A stretch of 64,000 nt of DNA from Nitrososphaerales archaeon (GTDB taxonomy: Archaea; Thermoproteota; Nitrososphaeria; Nitrososphaerales; UBA213): positions 1 through 64,000 of the forward strand of contig CBDAOC010000013.1 of NCBI GenBank assembly GCA_965197925.1, given 5' to 3'. Below, piece after piece: positions 53,443 to 64,000 of the stretch (positions within the stretch are counted from its first letter, which is position 1; each line of letters opens with the position of its first letter). The position numbers were made by a program, and so were the translations under genes. Below the pieces are notes generated by a model that was not told where the DNA came from, ran no database searches, and saw nothing but the letters and a program-made list of their open reading frames with translations.

Positions 53443-54437
53443 TTTACTACATATCGATGATAGAAGTTTCTATCCTTTGTTGTCCCCTGTCACCAATATC
53501 AATCCTACTAAATATCAATCCAATTAATTTTCGTGCAATCATACTATCGAAACTTTCACTCGGTTGATTATGACTTTGCCCACACATTTCTAGTAAACAT
53601 CTACAATGCAAAATCTATATGAGATAACCGGATAAGATATTAGTATACTATAAGCAAACATTTCGCCTTTCCTAAAAACTATTTTATTTTCCTAGGTTGA
53701 TGCATCATGAAATGATCACAAATCCAAAAATGAATTTTCGTTATGATATAATAAAGAATGAAATAGGATTAGGCCGAGGTTTTGATATGTATTATGGTTA
53801 AGGCAATGGCATATCCTATTCCGTTGTTGACCAAATGGTGTTTATACAGTAGAGTCAAAATTACTAAAACATTCTGTAAGAATCTACCTAATCCTTCAAA
53901 TTGAAGATTTTAACGGTTGAATTTCTGGGTTGTAACAAATTGATATGCCCTTTAAACATTATTACAAGTCAGAATTACATCAGTAAGATTACGGAGAGTG
54001 GTTTGTAATAATTTAGTAATGCACTCACTTGCAATGAATACAAACTGAATATATATGATTTCATAGATGGTAGAATGAGGCACTCTGGTACAGGTATGTG
54101 TACTATCTCTAGCGTCCCCCACTTTATCTTTACATGCCTGTGCCAAAGGGCATCGTCATTAGTAATTTGCACAAGAAAACACTTTAATAATTTGAAGTCA
54201 TTTTGCCGAAATCTACACAAGAATTAATGTTGGGTGTATTATTATTTTCAGAATGTGACGAGAATTATGTATGTATATCAAATTGCATGGTTATTGATTT
54301 TGAAAATTCACTCAATAAAAAACCTTATTCTAATATCAACACAATGATGATTTCTATAACTGGTTATCAATAATGGAAATTGTATACTAAAATTATATCT
54401 TTCAAGGAGTACATGGAAATGATGAATTATGGGTGAA

Positions 54438-54569
54438 ATGGCAAATGAAACATATATCAAACGATGTTTAAAATGTGATAAGAAGATTCAGTAACCTGTG
54501 TTCTACAAGGGATATGTGTTCTGTTCGGAAGAATGCAAATGAGATTTCTTGAGTAACCATCCAATGTAG
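54438..54569 (+). pseudogene. YHS/TRASH-like pseudogene (copy 2)
   Basis: Mirror of 4042..4173. Confidence 0.65.
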
Positions 54570-54637
54570 TATGATTCTAAACTCTATTCAATGAAAAGAC
54601 CGTAGTGTTAGAATTCAAATGAATAATTCTATGATAT

Positions 54638-55825
54638 TCAACTTGTGTAATGATCTGTTCTGTACCTTACGGAGCTTCTTTTCTTTCTTGTTGGTCTATG
54701 AGCTAACTTTTTCTTGAGACCATCACTAATCTCATCAAATATTTTTGCTAGATCCCATCCTGCGTTGGTATAAGTATGCCGTTTGGTTGGTGTTATTATG
54801 TTAACACCCACCTCGTACCTTCTTCGCTGCCCCTGCATATTTCTTATTTTCATAGAACATCTAGCCTCCTCTATATCTGGAGATACTTTTCTTAACAATT
54901 TGATTAGCCCAGTGAATTTTGTCTTGGCAAGCTCCGCATCGAAAGGATCTTCTGGCAAACCAACAATGAAAGAAGGTATATCTTCTTCGATCCTCTCTGC
55001 CAGCAATGCAACTATATCTCTGTATGTGATGATTCCCTGAATCTCGTCCCATACCTTGACCACGGAATAAGTCGAATTCATATCTATAATCGAACCTATA
55101 ACAGATTGCAGAGTATCTTGAGGTTTCGATGTTATAACATCCCGATCTGCTATGCTTATCACAGGAAAATCTAGCCTGATTATTTTATCAACCCCCAGAG
55201 ACCTTCTACCTATCCTTTCAGATGGCAGTGTTGCTCTCACCATGTGAGACGAAGTGACTATTCCTGCAAGCCTCTTCTCTTCCATAACGGGAAGATGATC
55301 AATTTTATGCTTTATCATCATGCCTTTTCCACTTGATGCCTTGTCATTCGCTCTAAGCACAATCGGATTTGGAGTCATTATATCTGAGGCTTTACCAACT
55401 TTAATTCCCGTATCCTTGATACTTTTAGCTATGGATTTTACATTAACCTGACCAATGATCTTGCTGTCTTGGACTACAGGAAGGGACCTCAACCCATAGG
55501 AGCTCATTATCCTTGCGGCATATCCAAGATTACTTTCATAGGTTAAACTTGGAACTAACTTGCCGATTAATGATGGTTTTGTAGAAGTGATGTTCCTGAT
55601 CCCAAGTATATCCCTCAAGTTTATACTTGCAACTTTGTTTGATACAGGAATAAAGGCCTCATATGCATCTTGTTCCATTAAGATTCCTATAATTGTAGAA
55701 AACGAGTTGGTTGCCTTTACATCCAGAGATCCTTCGATTATTTTCTTGACAGATTTGGTACGTAGATTATTCAGAGAATTATAAAGTGCGTCACCCATTC
55801 TTCTTATAACCATTCTAGATAACAC
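54638..55825 (-). CDS. CBS plus HPF-like candidate hibernation factor (copy 2)
   Basis: Identical to 2786..3973. Confidence 0.75.
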   Translation of the reverse strand: MLSRMVIRRMGDALYNSLNNLRTKSVKKIIEGSLDVKATNSFSTIIGILMEQDAYEAFIPVSNKVASINLRDILGIRNITSTKPSLIGKLVPSLTYESNLGYAARIMSSYGLRSLPVVQDSKIIGQVNVKSIAKSIKDTGIKVGKASDIMTPNPIVLRANDKASSGKGMMIKHKIDHLPVMEEKRLAGIVTSSHMVRATLPSERIGRRSLGVDKIIRLDFPVISIADRDVITSKPQDTLQSVIGSIIDMNSTYSVVKVWDEIQGIITYRDIVALLAERIEEDIPSFIVGLPEDPFDAELAKTKFTGLIKLLRKVSPDIEEARCSMKIRNMQGQRRRYEVGVNIITPTKRHTYTNAGWDLAKIFDEISDGLKKKLAHRPTRKKRSSVRYRTDHYTS

Positions 55826-55841
55826 CTATTGATAATATACA

Positions 55842-56261
55842 TCATTCTCTGCTTACCTCGTTATGGTTTCTCCCATTAGGCAACCAAATCTCGAGTAGAC
55901 CATTATTGAATGTAACCTAGCCATTGTGACATCAACTGCATAGCATAACCTTATAACCTTTCTGAACTCTTTGAATCATAATTCCTTTGTAGAATTGGGG
56001 GTGTTAACCAATACCCATTCATTATAGGTACATTATTTTTGAACATCTTCTTCAATCGTTAGATTCATGTCTCCTCTTCTAACTCATGGTGGATAGAATT
56101 TTACTATCAATTCATCAACATTTTCAATTAATTCGGTTATTGATACCAATTCTCTTTTTTCTAGAGCATAAAGAAATTCGAATATTGACAAATCCATATA
56201 ATCCGCAGTGATTGGTCATATATGTAAGGTCATTTTCTTGATAACTTTTATCGTTGCTCAA
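55842..56261 (-). pseudogene. Hsp20 pseudogene (copy 2)
   Basis: Mirror of 2350..2769. Confidence 0.7.
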
Positions 56262-56265
56262 TAAA

Positions 56266-56986
56266 TCACCTATACATGGTGTGGATCTTTTCTTTCTTTA
56301 ATATTTGAGATTTTTTATTGACTGTTCGATAAGTAGTATCAGCTCTCGAACACATATCATTATTCTTTCGCTTTCCTCTTCTAACTGTTTAAAATTAATA
56401 CGAATGTTAAGAATTTTGCTTACAATGAAAGGTGTTTCTAAACAGGAAGTTGTATCTGGGAAGTTTAGATAGAATTCTACGATTAATGTGAGATTTGGAA
56501 TATTTTGTCTAGTACATTCTATGATAAGCCATGGCCAAATCCCAGAGAAAACACCCGCTAAGCAAGCTTACATTTGCTTCGTCAGGATGGACCTCTATAC
56601 CCTTTGTTGTTGTTATTCCCACTACCGGGTTGTTTATCTTTATCCAGTATGTACAGGACAAGCCTATCATTGGCTTTGGAGTAAGTATTTGAACCCATGC
56701 TAGAAGAGTTCTGAAGAATTGATTCAACACAGATGCTATTAAGGGAACACCAGAAATGGTTGCTATTATATTGTCCTTGGCGTAAATTCTAAAAATATTT
56801 TTGAGTACTGTTTCCTTGACAATAATCAAGGTTGGAAATATTGGAGTCAATATTACCTAACTCCCTCATCTTCATTTTATCTATGATATATGATACTGTT
56901 ATTGTATCCACCAAACCAACATCTGGCAAATCAACCAAAACAATTAGCTCTTCAGTATCTAATGATTCTAAAAGTCTTATCTCCAA
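56266..56986 (-). pseudogene. PAC2-family pseudogene (copy 2)
   Basis: Mirror of 1625..2345. Confidence 0.75.
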
Positions 56987-57120
56987 CCACAGTTCATACC
57001 CAACAAATTACTTCTTACCATGTATAAACACAATGATAGTTACTTTCAGTTGTCAAAGTTGATTCCCAATTTTAGAAATCGTGTTTACTTTTTAAATAAC
57101 GAAAGCTTGAAAGTGATATC

Positions 57121-57568
57121 ATGTTAAGGAAAAGAGTTAGAAATAATGACAGAAACTCCGGTTGACACTATTGAAGGAGGGCTAACGGTGGCTTTTGCAG
57201 CGAACGTGATGAAGGAAAGAGCCAGAGGTTCTCTTGTAGTTGTAGAGGGTGGAAAACCAATTGGAATAGTTACTGAAAGAGACATGGTAAGGCGTGTCTT
57301 AGCTGAAGATAGAAGTCCTTCTGCAACCAAGGTTAGCGATATCGTATCCAAGCCCATAATAAGCGTTGGGCCTGAAGCCACAATATCTAGTGCTGCCAAC
57401 GTGATGTACAAGTATGGGATATGAAGACTGCCAATTATTGAAGAGGGCACATTATTTGGTATAGTAACCACGACAGACCTTGCACGGGTAATGCAGAGGG
57501 AAACCGAAAAAGATGATGTTCTACTTGCCATGGGAAGGTTCAAGATGATCGAAGAGACCAATTTGTAG
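57121..57568 (+). pseudogene. CBS-pair pseudogene (copy 2)
   Basis: Mirror of 1043..1490; TGA at 57422. Confidence 0.8.
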
Positions 57569-57644
57569 ATTTTTTTATAAAATTGTGTTGGACAAAAAAA
57601 GTTCCTATATCTTGTATAGAATGAAAACTTCTTAAATAAATTGA

Positions 57645-58511
57645 ATGGAGAACAAGAATATGAAAAAGTATATGCGCCTGAAGGCGAAGGACGCGCGAAG
57701 GAAAGCCATCACTCTTGAACCTACTAAAACTCTTTACGATGCACGTAATGCTTTGCTCAGATATGACATAAGTAGAATCATAATCACAAAAAAAGGAAAA
57801 CCCGTAGGAATCATTACAGAGAAAGATATTGCACGATTTCTTTATGGAACTGCGGCTACTAGGCGTCTTGACGAAATCAGAGTAGACGAGGTGATGAGCA
57901 AAGACCTAGTGACAGTTAAAGAACAATTTGATTTGAATAAATCCGCCAAGTTGATGATAGACAAGGAAATAAGCTCATTAGTAGTTACCGATAGTAAGAA
58001 CAACCTGAATGGAGTATTCACTAAAAGTGATTTGATGGCTGTCTATGCAAAATATTATGCTGGAAAAAATTTGGTAGGAGATTATATGACTAAAAAAGTC
58101 CTGACAGTAACACCAGATGAAAATACGCATATGGTTCTATTATTAATGACGAGCAATAATATATCGAGGGTAGTTGTTGTAAGAGGCCATAAACCTGTAG
58201 GTATAATAACAGGGCGTGATATACTTCCTGTGAGTTCACTAGTTGGTCCTGATACCTCTGAGACAATTAAAGAAGTTTTCTCTTCACATAAAGAAGTCCA
58301 AATGATCATACCATCGGGCATAAGTGCAATATTCCTCGCCAAGGATTTAATGAAGTTTGATCCCATAACAATTAACAGCGACTCTGATCTTGCTGAATCT
58401 GCACAAATAATGACAAGGAATAGGATAACTGGCCTTCCAGTAGTTGATTTAAAAGGTACTCTGGTTGGTATTATTACTAGAACGGACATAATAAGGGCCC
58501 TTACTATTTAA
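57645..58511 (+). CDS. Four-CBS protein (copy 2)
   Basis: Identical to 100..966. Confidence 0.9.
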   Translation: MENKNMKKYMRLKAKDARRKAITLEPTKTLYDARNALLRYDISRIIITKKGKPVGIITEKDIARFLYGTAATRRLDEIRVDEVMSKDLVTVKEQFDLNKSAKLMIDKEISSLVVTDSKNNLNGVFTKSDLMAVYAKYYAGKNLVGDYMTKKVLTVTPDENTHMVLLLMTSNNISRVVVVRGHKPVGIITGRDILPVSSLVGPDTSETIKEVFSSHKEVQMIIPSGISAIFLAKDLMKFDPITINSDSDLAESAQIMTRNRITGLPVVDLKGTLVGIITRTDIIRALTI

Positions 58512-58976
58512 TAACTTTAATATTAGATTGATATCGGCTATTTTTAGCAATATCAATTGCTTCTTTTCGCTGCTAGTAGCTAAAAACCAGAACCCCAAAC
58601 TCACGGATTTCATTATAGCAATTGTTGTAACGGTATCCTGAAAGTGTATAAACATACCCCACATTGATGTAAAATCTTCTATCTACCTGTATTTTTCCAA
58701 TATTAAATAAAGAACATAATTTCCATATAGATTTTCGGTCATGACTATTAACCGATAACTTGTGTGACATTATGTGTTATTGGACAAGAAGCTAAATAAA
58801 TTAAGTTCTTTTTATTTATAAAAAGATAAACAAGATTTTCTGAAATCCATAATATTCTATCACACTAGAATTACTCTTATCATAGGATCTTTATTCGATT
58901 CTTTGATATTTAATACAAGGAACTTTGTTTAGTATAAGACATTATATGAGTCGTTCAATAATTTAATATTCCAATA

Positions 58977-59451
58977 ATGAAACATATATACGATAAAAGA
59001 AAGAAGAAGATGATAAGAAAGATACTGGTTCCGGTTGATTCTTCTGAATGTTCATTTGCTGCTGCAAATTATGCCGTAGGTCTAGCCAAAACTCATGGAG
59101 CAAGTATTATTTTGATTCATGTTGTCGAGATACATCCATACTCCTCTACAATACCGTTTTACATGACTGCGGGGGGATGAAGCTTTTGAAAAAGATGTTA
59201 GAGAAACAGCGAAAGACTGGTTTGCAAAGATCGAAAAGCCTGCCAAAAAGCAAGATGTGATTGTCAAACATGAGGTACTGCTTCGCAGTAAGTCGGTAAT
59301 AGAATCCATAGTTTCATATGCCGATAAGAACAAAGTAGATCTCATCGTCATTGGTACCAAGGGACTCACTGGATTCAAGAAGTTATTACTTGGGAGTGTC
59401 GCTCGGGGAGTGATCGATCATGGTCATTGTCCAGTGTTGCTAGTAAGATAA
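58977..59451 (+). pseudogene. Universal stress protein, frameshifted at a G6 run
   Basis: KILVPVDSSECS in one frame and DLIVIGTKG..LLGSVA..V...HCPVLLVR in another; deleting one G at 59171-59176 joins them. Confidence 0.88.
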
Positions 59452-59768
59452 TGAAATTTCAAGAGATATAAGAGCACCAGTGAGGAGTAATGATCGTGTG
59501 ATATCTAAAAATAGATGTTCTACCAAAAACATATTTGAAGCCCCTCTTCCCTTTGACGATCAAGATTATTACGATGTTATGTTCACATTCGAGCCGCTTT
59601 CGACCTTTAGATACAGGGATGTTAAGGACAGGCTGGACTGGTATTATCAAGTTATGCAAAACACTAAACCTGCAAAATTACTGAAAATTTATCAACTACT
59701 TGTGAGATGGTAATGATTTATATATCTGAAAAGCACCATGGATATTACAAGTAATTTTATGTGACATT

Positions 59769-60683
59769 GTGATGACAAAGAATATTTCTATTTTAGACGA
59801 ATGTACTAATTGTAACAAGGGTCCTATGGTGACAGATGATGTTACAGGTGAGACTTTTTGTAGTCATTGCGGGTATGTCCGTACAGAAAGAATAGAAGCC
59901 TTCGGTCCGGAATGGAGGTCATTTTCCAAGGAGGATCATGAAGCTAAAAGTAGAACTGGTCTCCCAACGTCTTTGGCAATGCATGATATGGGTCTTGCCA
60001 CAATAATAGGTAGAATTAACAAGGATGCGTCTGGCAAACCTTTAACAGCATCTATGAGGAGCACGGTAGAACGCCTACGAACTTGGGACGATAGAAGTCA
60101 GCTTCATAAATCAGTCGATAGGAACTACAGGCAGGCCTTTAACGAATTGAATAGACTAAAGGATAAGTTGGCTTTAAGTGATGTGGTAATAGAAAAAACA
60201 GCCTACATATACAGAAGAGCGGTAGAGAAGAGCCTAATTCGTGGGAGAACCATCTCTGCATTACTTGGAGCAACACTTTATGCCGCATGTAGAGACACAG
60301 AGACACCAAGAACACTTAAGGACATCTCAAGTATCAGCAATGCAAAGAAGAAGGATCTTTCTAGATGTTACAGACTTTTGGTTAAGGAGCTTGATCTTAG
60401 GATGCCTGTAGTAAATCCTATGAATTGCGTTGCAAAGATAGCGAGCAAAGCTAACCTGAGCGAGAAGACAAAAAGGAAGGCTCTTGAGGTTTTGGAAAAA
60501 GCTAGGGAGCTCAGAATATCCGCGGGAAAAGATCCAATGGGAATTGCTGCAACTGCACTTTATATAGCTACCACGTTAAACATGGAAAACAAGACACAGA
60601 AGAAGATTGCTGAAGCCGCTGGTATCACAGAAGTTACAATAAGAAACAGGTGCAAGGATCTTAGCATTGCCCTTGAACTCTAA
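59769..60683 (+). CDS. tfb: Transcription initiation factor IIB
   Basis: Zn ribbon CTNC..CSHCG, GPEWRSF, HDMGLATII, GRTI, PRTLKDI, GKDPMGIAA, ITEVTIRNR. Confidence 0.97.
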   Translation: MMTKNISILDECTNCNKGPMVTDDVTGETFCSHCGYVRTERIEAFGPEWRSFSKEDHEAKSRTGLPTSLAMHDMGLATIIGRINKDASGKPLTASMRSTVERLRTWDDRSQLHKSVDRNYRQAFNELNRLKDKLALSDVVIEKTAYIYRRAVEKSLIRGRTISALLGATLYAACRDTETPRTLKDISSISNAKKKDLSRCYRLLVKELDLRMPVVNPMNCVAKIASKANLSEKTKRKALEVLEKARELRISAGKDPMGIAATALYIATTLNMENKTQKKIAEAAGITEVTIRNRCKDLSIALEL

Positions 60684-60771
60684 GGTTTCATTTGTAACTC
60701 CAATGACTATAGAGAATCCAATATTAATGGATTAAATTGCCATTTGTCTTCTTAGCTTTTGATAATTAGTT

Positions 60772-61868
60772 GAGGCATGGGCATTATTCCATATAACAAA
60801 AATAACTTGATGCCTCTGATTGATTAACTTCCGAGCATGTGCTTCAATGCCTTTAATGGTCTTCCTGTTAGATGATTGTAGTAAACCATTACCTGATACA
60901 ACAATACTGATAACAACACTACACTCCTTACCTTATCAAATCCTCTAACTGGCAATGGATCTATGGTAAATACATCCTTCATATGCTCTATCAATGGCTC
61001 AACGCTTATGCTCCTCCGAGAATATACATGCTGCCCATATTCAGATTGATAGAACTGCAGCAATGCCAGTCTATTATTATCTATGGTATGCTTGTACATT
61101 TCCAATGGGAATACTGGATGCCCTCTATACCTGCTGAAATCACATAACTTGTGATCATCATATCCTTCATCTCCTACAACATACCTTACCATTCCTGTAG
61201 GCAATGAAGATGTTATGCTTTCATACATCTTGTTATCAGTAATGTTAGCTGTTGTGAAATCAGCTGATAATGGAACTATCAACGAACCAGTACTACATGC
61301 TAGATGCATCTTGTATCCAAATACCCATCCCTTGGTTCTGCTGAATCCCCATCGAGCATCTGTATCTATACCGGAGCGTGGTACTTCGTTCTTCTTCATG
61401 CTAGATTTGTGCCATACATGTCCCTTTGCCTTCAACAAGGAACTGTCAACGGATATTATGGCTGGGTCTACCAACCCATCTTTTATGAAGAGCATACCCA
61501 TGACATCTATCCTTGATCTTATGTCAATTGATATGACCTTGAACCTTCTGTCGAATGTTCTTTTATCTGGCAACCTATCAAGACCACATGCCTTCATTAC
61601 CTTCCTGTTGTATGGCATATCTATCGAATAGTATTCATGCAAAGCATTGTTGCTTGGTATTCTTATCCATACTCTAACGATAAAGCATCTCACCATAACT
61701 GTAGGAGAATAGTAGTAGGGTTTACCCCTTTTTCCTATTAGGTTTTGACCAAGGAATCACGTCAATCAAAAATAATATACGAAGAAGTATCTAGTCTGAG
61801 CTAAACATATTACCAATGAAAATTGAAACCTGATCTTATCGTTTCGAACTAAATTATGCCCAAGCCTC
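60772..61868 (-). mobile_element. ~1.1-kb IS with DDE_Tnp_1-type transposase, 8-bp target duplication
   Basis: TIRs GAGGCATGGGCATTATT / AATTATGCCCAAGCCTC; AATTAGTT at 60764-60771 and 61869-61876; ORF 60824..61696, whose N-terminus carries a TAG and a +1 A relative to the 39349 copy. Confidence 0.93.
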
Positions 61869-61934
61869 AATTAGTTAAAGTATTAACTTACAGCTGTAGG
61901 TTCATGACAAAATGAAAAAACTTTCTGATGAACT

Positions 61935-62606
61935 TCATACATTCAGATGCTGAACAAACCAATTGGTCGCAAGCCTTGCAACCTCTTCCAACGTCCCTGA
62001 TTCCTCAAAGGAGTCGCTCCAGGTATGATCATAATTTCCTTTTTCGCCCGGAGTTTTTCCAATGCTTCACGGTTCATACCAATCACATCAAAGTCTTTTC
62101 CCCTACAATGAGAAGTGTTGGTGCTTTGACATTAAACAATGCTGATCCTGCAAGATCTGGACGTCCACCCCGTGAGACCACTGCATTGATAATGTTAGGA
62201 CGGCCTGCTGCCGCAACTATTGCAGCAGCTGCACCTGTACTCGCACCGAAGTAACCGATACGTGGATTTTGAATGGCCTTGCTTTGTATAATCCAATCTG
62301 TAGCTCCCACGAGTCTTTCAGCTAATAACCCAATATCAAACCTTAGGTGTCTTGTTTGAATATCCATCTTCTCCTCATCAGCTGTGAGAAGATCTATCAA
62401 CAAGGTCCCAAGTCAAGCTTCATGGAGTACTTGCGCAACATATAGATTTCGTGGGCTGAATCGGCTACTTCCACTACCATGGGCGAACAACAAACACTGC
62501 CTGATCTTTCTGGTTCGACCAAGTTTCCTTTCAGAATAACCTGTCTAGTAGATACTTCAACCGAGCGTCCTTCTTCCACTCTTGCTGATCCGTTCATTGA
62601 AATCAT
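61935..62606 (-). pseudogene. Dienelactone hydrolase-like alpha/beta hydrolase, frameshifted
   Basis: HGSGSSRFSPRN, LIDLLT, IGYFGASTGAAAA, VSRGGRPDLA, PTLLIVGE across several frames. Confidence 0.85.
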
Positions 62607-63336
62607 TCCCCACTAGAGTTACAAAATTCTTAATGATATATAACCTACCAAAGTTCTTACAATCTCTGCTATTAAACTGGCTCCAGAAATACAGGTTTGT
62701 TGCCTTTGATTTTTATTCCTCATAACACCTTCCCTAAGAATATTAACCACCGGTTCAAAATTGGTAATCTCAATATAGGACACATTCGCCATCACTATAA
62801 TGGTAAATATGAGATGAAATGATTTAAAACTAACACATGTTTATTAATTTTAAGAATAGCAATTTTCTATTTTCCTTACAAGTATTTCTCATTGTTTCAC
62901 ACCTGCCTGCCTTTCACAATAAAATAAGGAGATCATTTTCGTTTGAATCACTTTTTAATTATCATTTTTAATTATCAATATAGAAGCTCAGTTAGAACCA
63001 AATTTACATCCTAAAATATATTTTAGTCAGAATACTTTCCCCTCGCTAGAAGCGTTTATGCCTTTGATAAATATCTTGAAGTATACATATCTAAGGATGA
63101 TGATTCTTGCAAAAATCCTCCAAATTAGGACTTACCAAGATTCCCCCACTGGTTGGTAACTCTTGAAGATTCACTATAGGTGAAATGAAATAACCGTTAT
63201 GGCCAGAAGAATATTCGAAAAGGGTTAAGAGGATGCAATAAAACAAGGTACATCACTTGAGTCGTATATCGAAGTCATGTATGCGTGCGACGATGATCTG
63301 CTACGTTTTTATTCGTTAATAGGGAGAGGATGGAGG

Positions 63337-64000
63337 ATGAAACAGACAATTAGTGTGATAGGATTTATAACTATTATATTATCAATTATGTTATTCTCAC
63401 TTGATAACAATTTATTTTCAAATGAAGAGTTAAAGCTATTACAAATTGAACAGAAAAAAATTGAGATCTTCATCCTCTCACGTAGTTTTATGTTGGCAAA
63501 TCCTTATTATGAACCAGTAAATGCTACTGCTACGGTTGGAACCTTAGTTGAATGGGTAAATGGTGACATTGTCCAACACACGGCGACCAGTGATAGAGGT
63601 ATACAGGGAAAGCTTGAAGGACAAATATTTGATTCTGGTCCTATACCACCTAAATCAATTTTCCAGTTAGATACGTCAGGGATGCTGGATGATGCCTATT
63701 CCTATCATTGTACCCTACATCCTTGGTCCAAAGGTGTACTTACCCTTGTCACCGAACCTATAAACATTACAACCGACAAGAAACTATATTTTGTTGGCGA
63801 GAAGGTTACGGTATCAGGAACTGCAAACATTCCTACATTATCATCTGATGCGTCCAATACCCTACCAGAAAACTTTGTCAATATAACAACTGTAATGCCT
63901 ATATTTGTCAAGGTATTTACCGCCGAGAATGAGCTGTATTTGTCAACAGAGATAATAACTCTTAGTGGTGGAACATTCAGCTATACATTTACAGTAAAAG
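63337..64000 (+). CDS. Secreted cupredoxin (plastocyanin-like) domain protein with Ig-like repeat; runs off the window end
   Basis: GGAGG RBS, N-terminal hydrophobic helix, VEWVNGD..QHTATS, FDSG.I.P, YSYHCTLHPWSKG, then TTDKKLYFVGEKVTVSG; absent from the ORF track because there is no stop in the window. Confidence 0.88.
   Translation, partial: MKQTISVIGFITIILSIMLFSLDNNLFSNEELKLLQIEQKKIEIFILSRSFMLANPYYEPVNATATVGTLVEWVNGDIVQHTATSDRGIQGKLEGQIFDSGPIPPKSIFQLDTSGMLDDAYSYHCTLHPWSKGVLTLVTEPINITTDKKLYFVGEKVTVSGTANIPTLSSDASNTLPENFVNITTVMPIFVKVFTAENELYLSTEIITLSGGTFSYTFTVK

Larger units (their letters stand above)
45958..58610. repeat. Right arm of the inverted duplication
   Basis: Reverse complement of 1..12653. 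Confidence 0.98.

Noticed and set aside
59480..59713. 77-aa ORF between usp and tfb
   Set aside because: Plausibly the remnant of a small operon gene, but there is no motif and the start is uncertain

Overview
Archaeal DNA, most consistent with Nitrososphaerota (Thaumarchaeota). This is inferred from TFB, a TFE-beta-like gene, rpl38e, SmAP3, tgtA, split kae1/bud32, type II GAPDH, an AOA-style ferredoxin and cupredoxin, and a tRNA with a GGATCGAAG T-arm. The window is dominated by a near-perfect inverted duplication: 1..12653 is the reverse complement of 45958..58610 (x+y=58611), and it may extend beyond the left edge. The two arms bracket a 33.3-kb unique core of housekeeping genes. Each arm carries a stress/dormancy cluster (CBS proteins, a CBS+HPF-like candidate ribosome hibernation factor, UspA, and decayed PAC2, Hsp20 and YHS genes), trm1, rlmE, a TFE-beta-like gene and a secreted Ig-like protein, and ends exactly at an IS5 terminal repeat. 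The window holds many mostly dead IS copies of at least four types and about a dozen pseudogenes, several invisible in the ORF track. The best candidates for novelty are (1) a tRNA-Arg(UCU) with two back-to-back BHB introns in the D-loop that share a helix strand and appear to need ordered splicing, (2) the CBS-HPF hibernation/stress cluster, (3) the invertible architecture, and (4) a cupredoxin with Ser at the axial-Met position. All protein calls are by motif recognition only; no searches were run.
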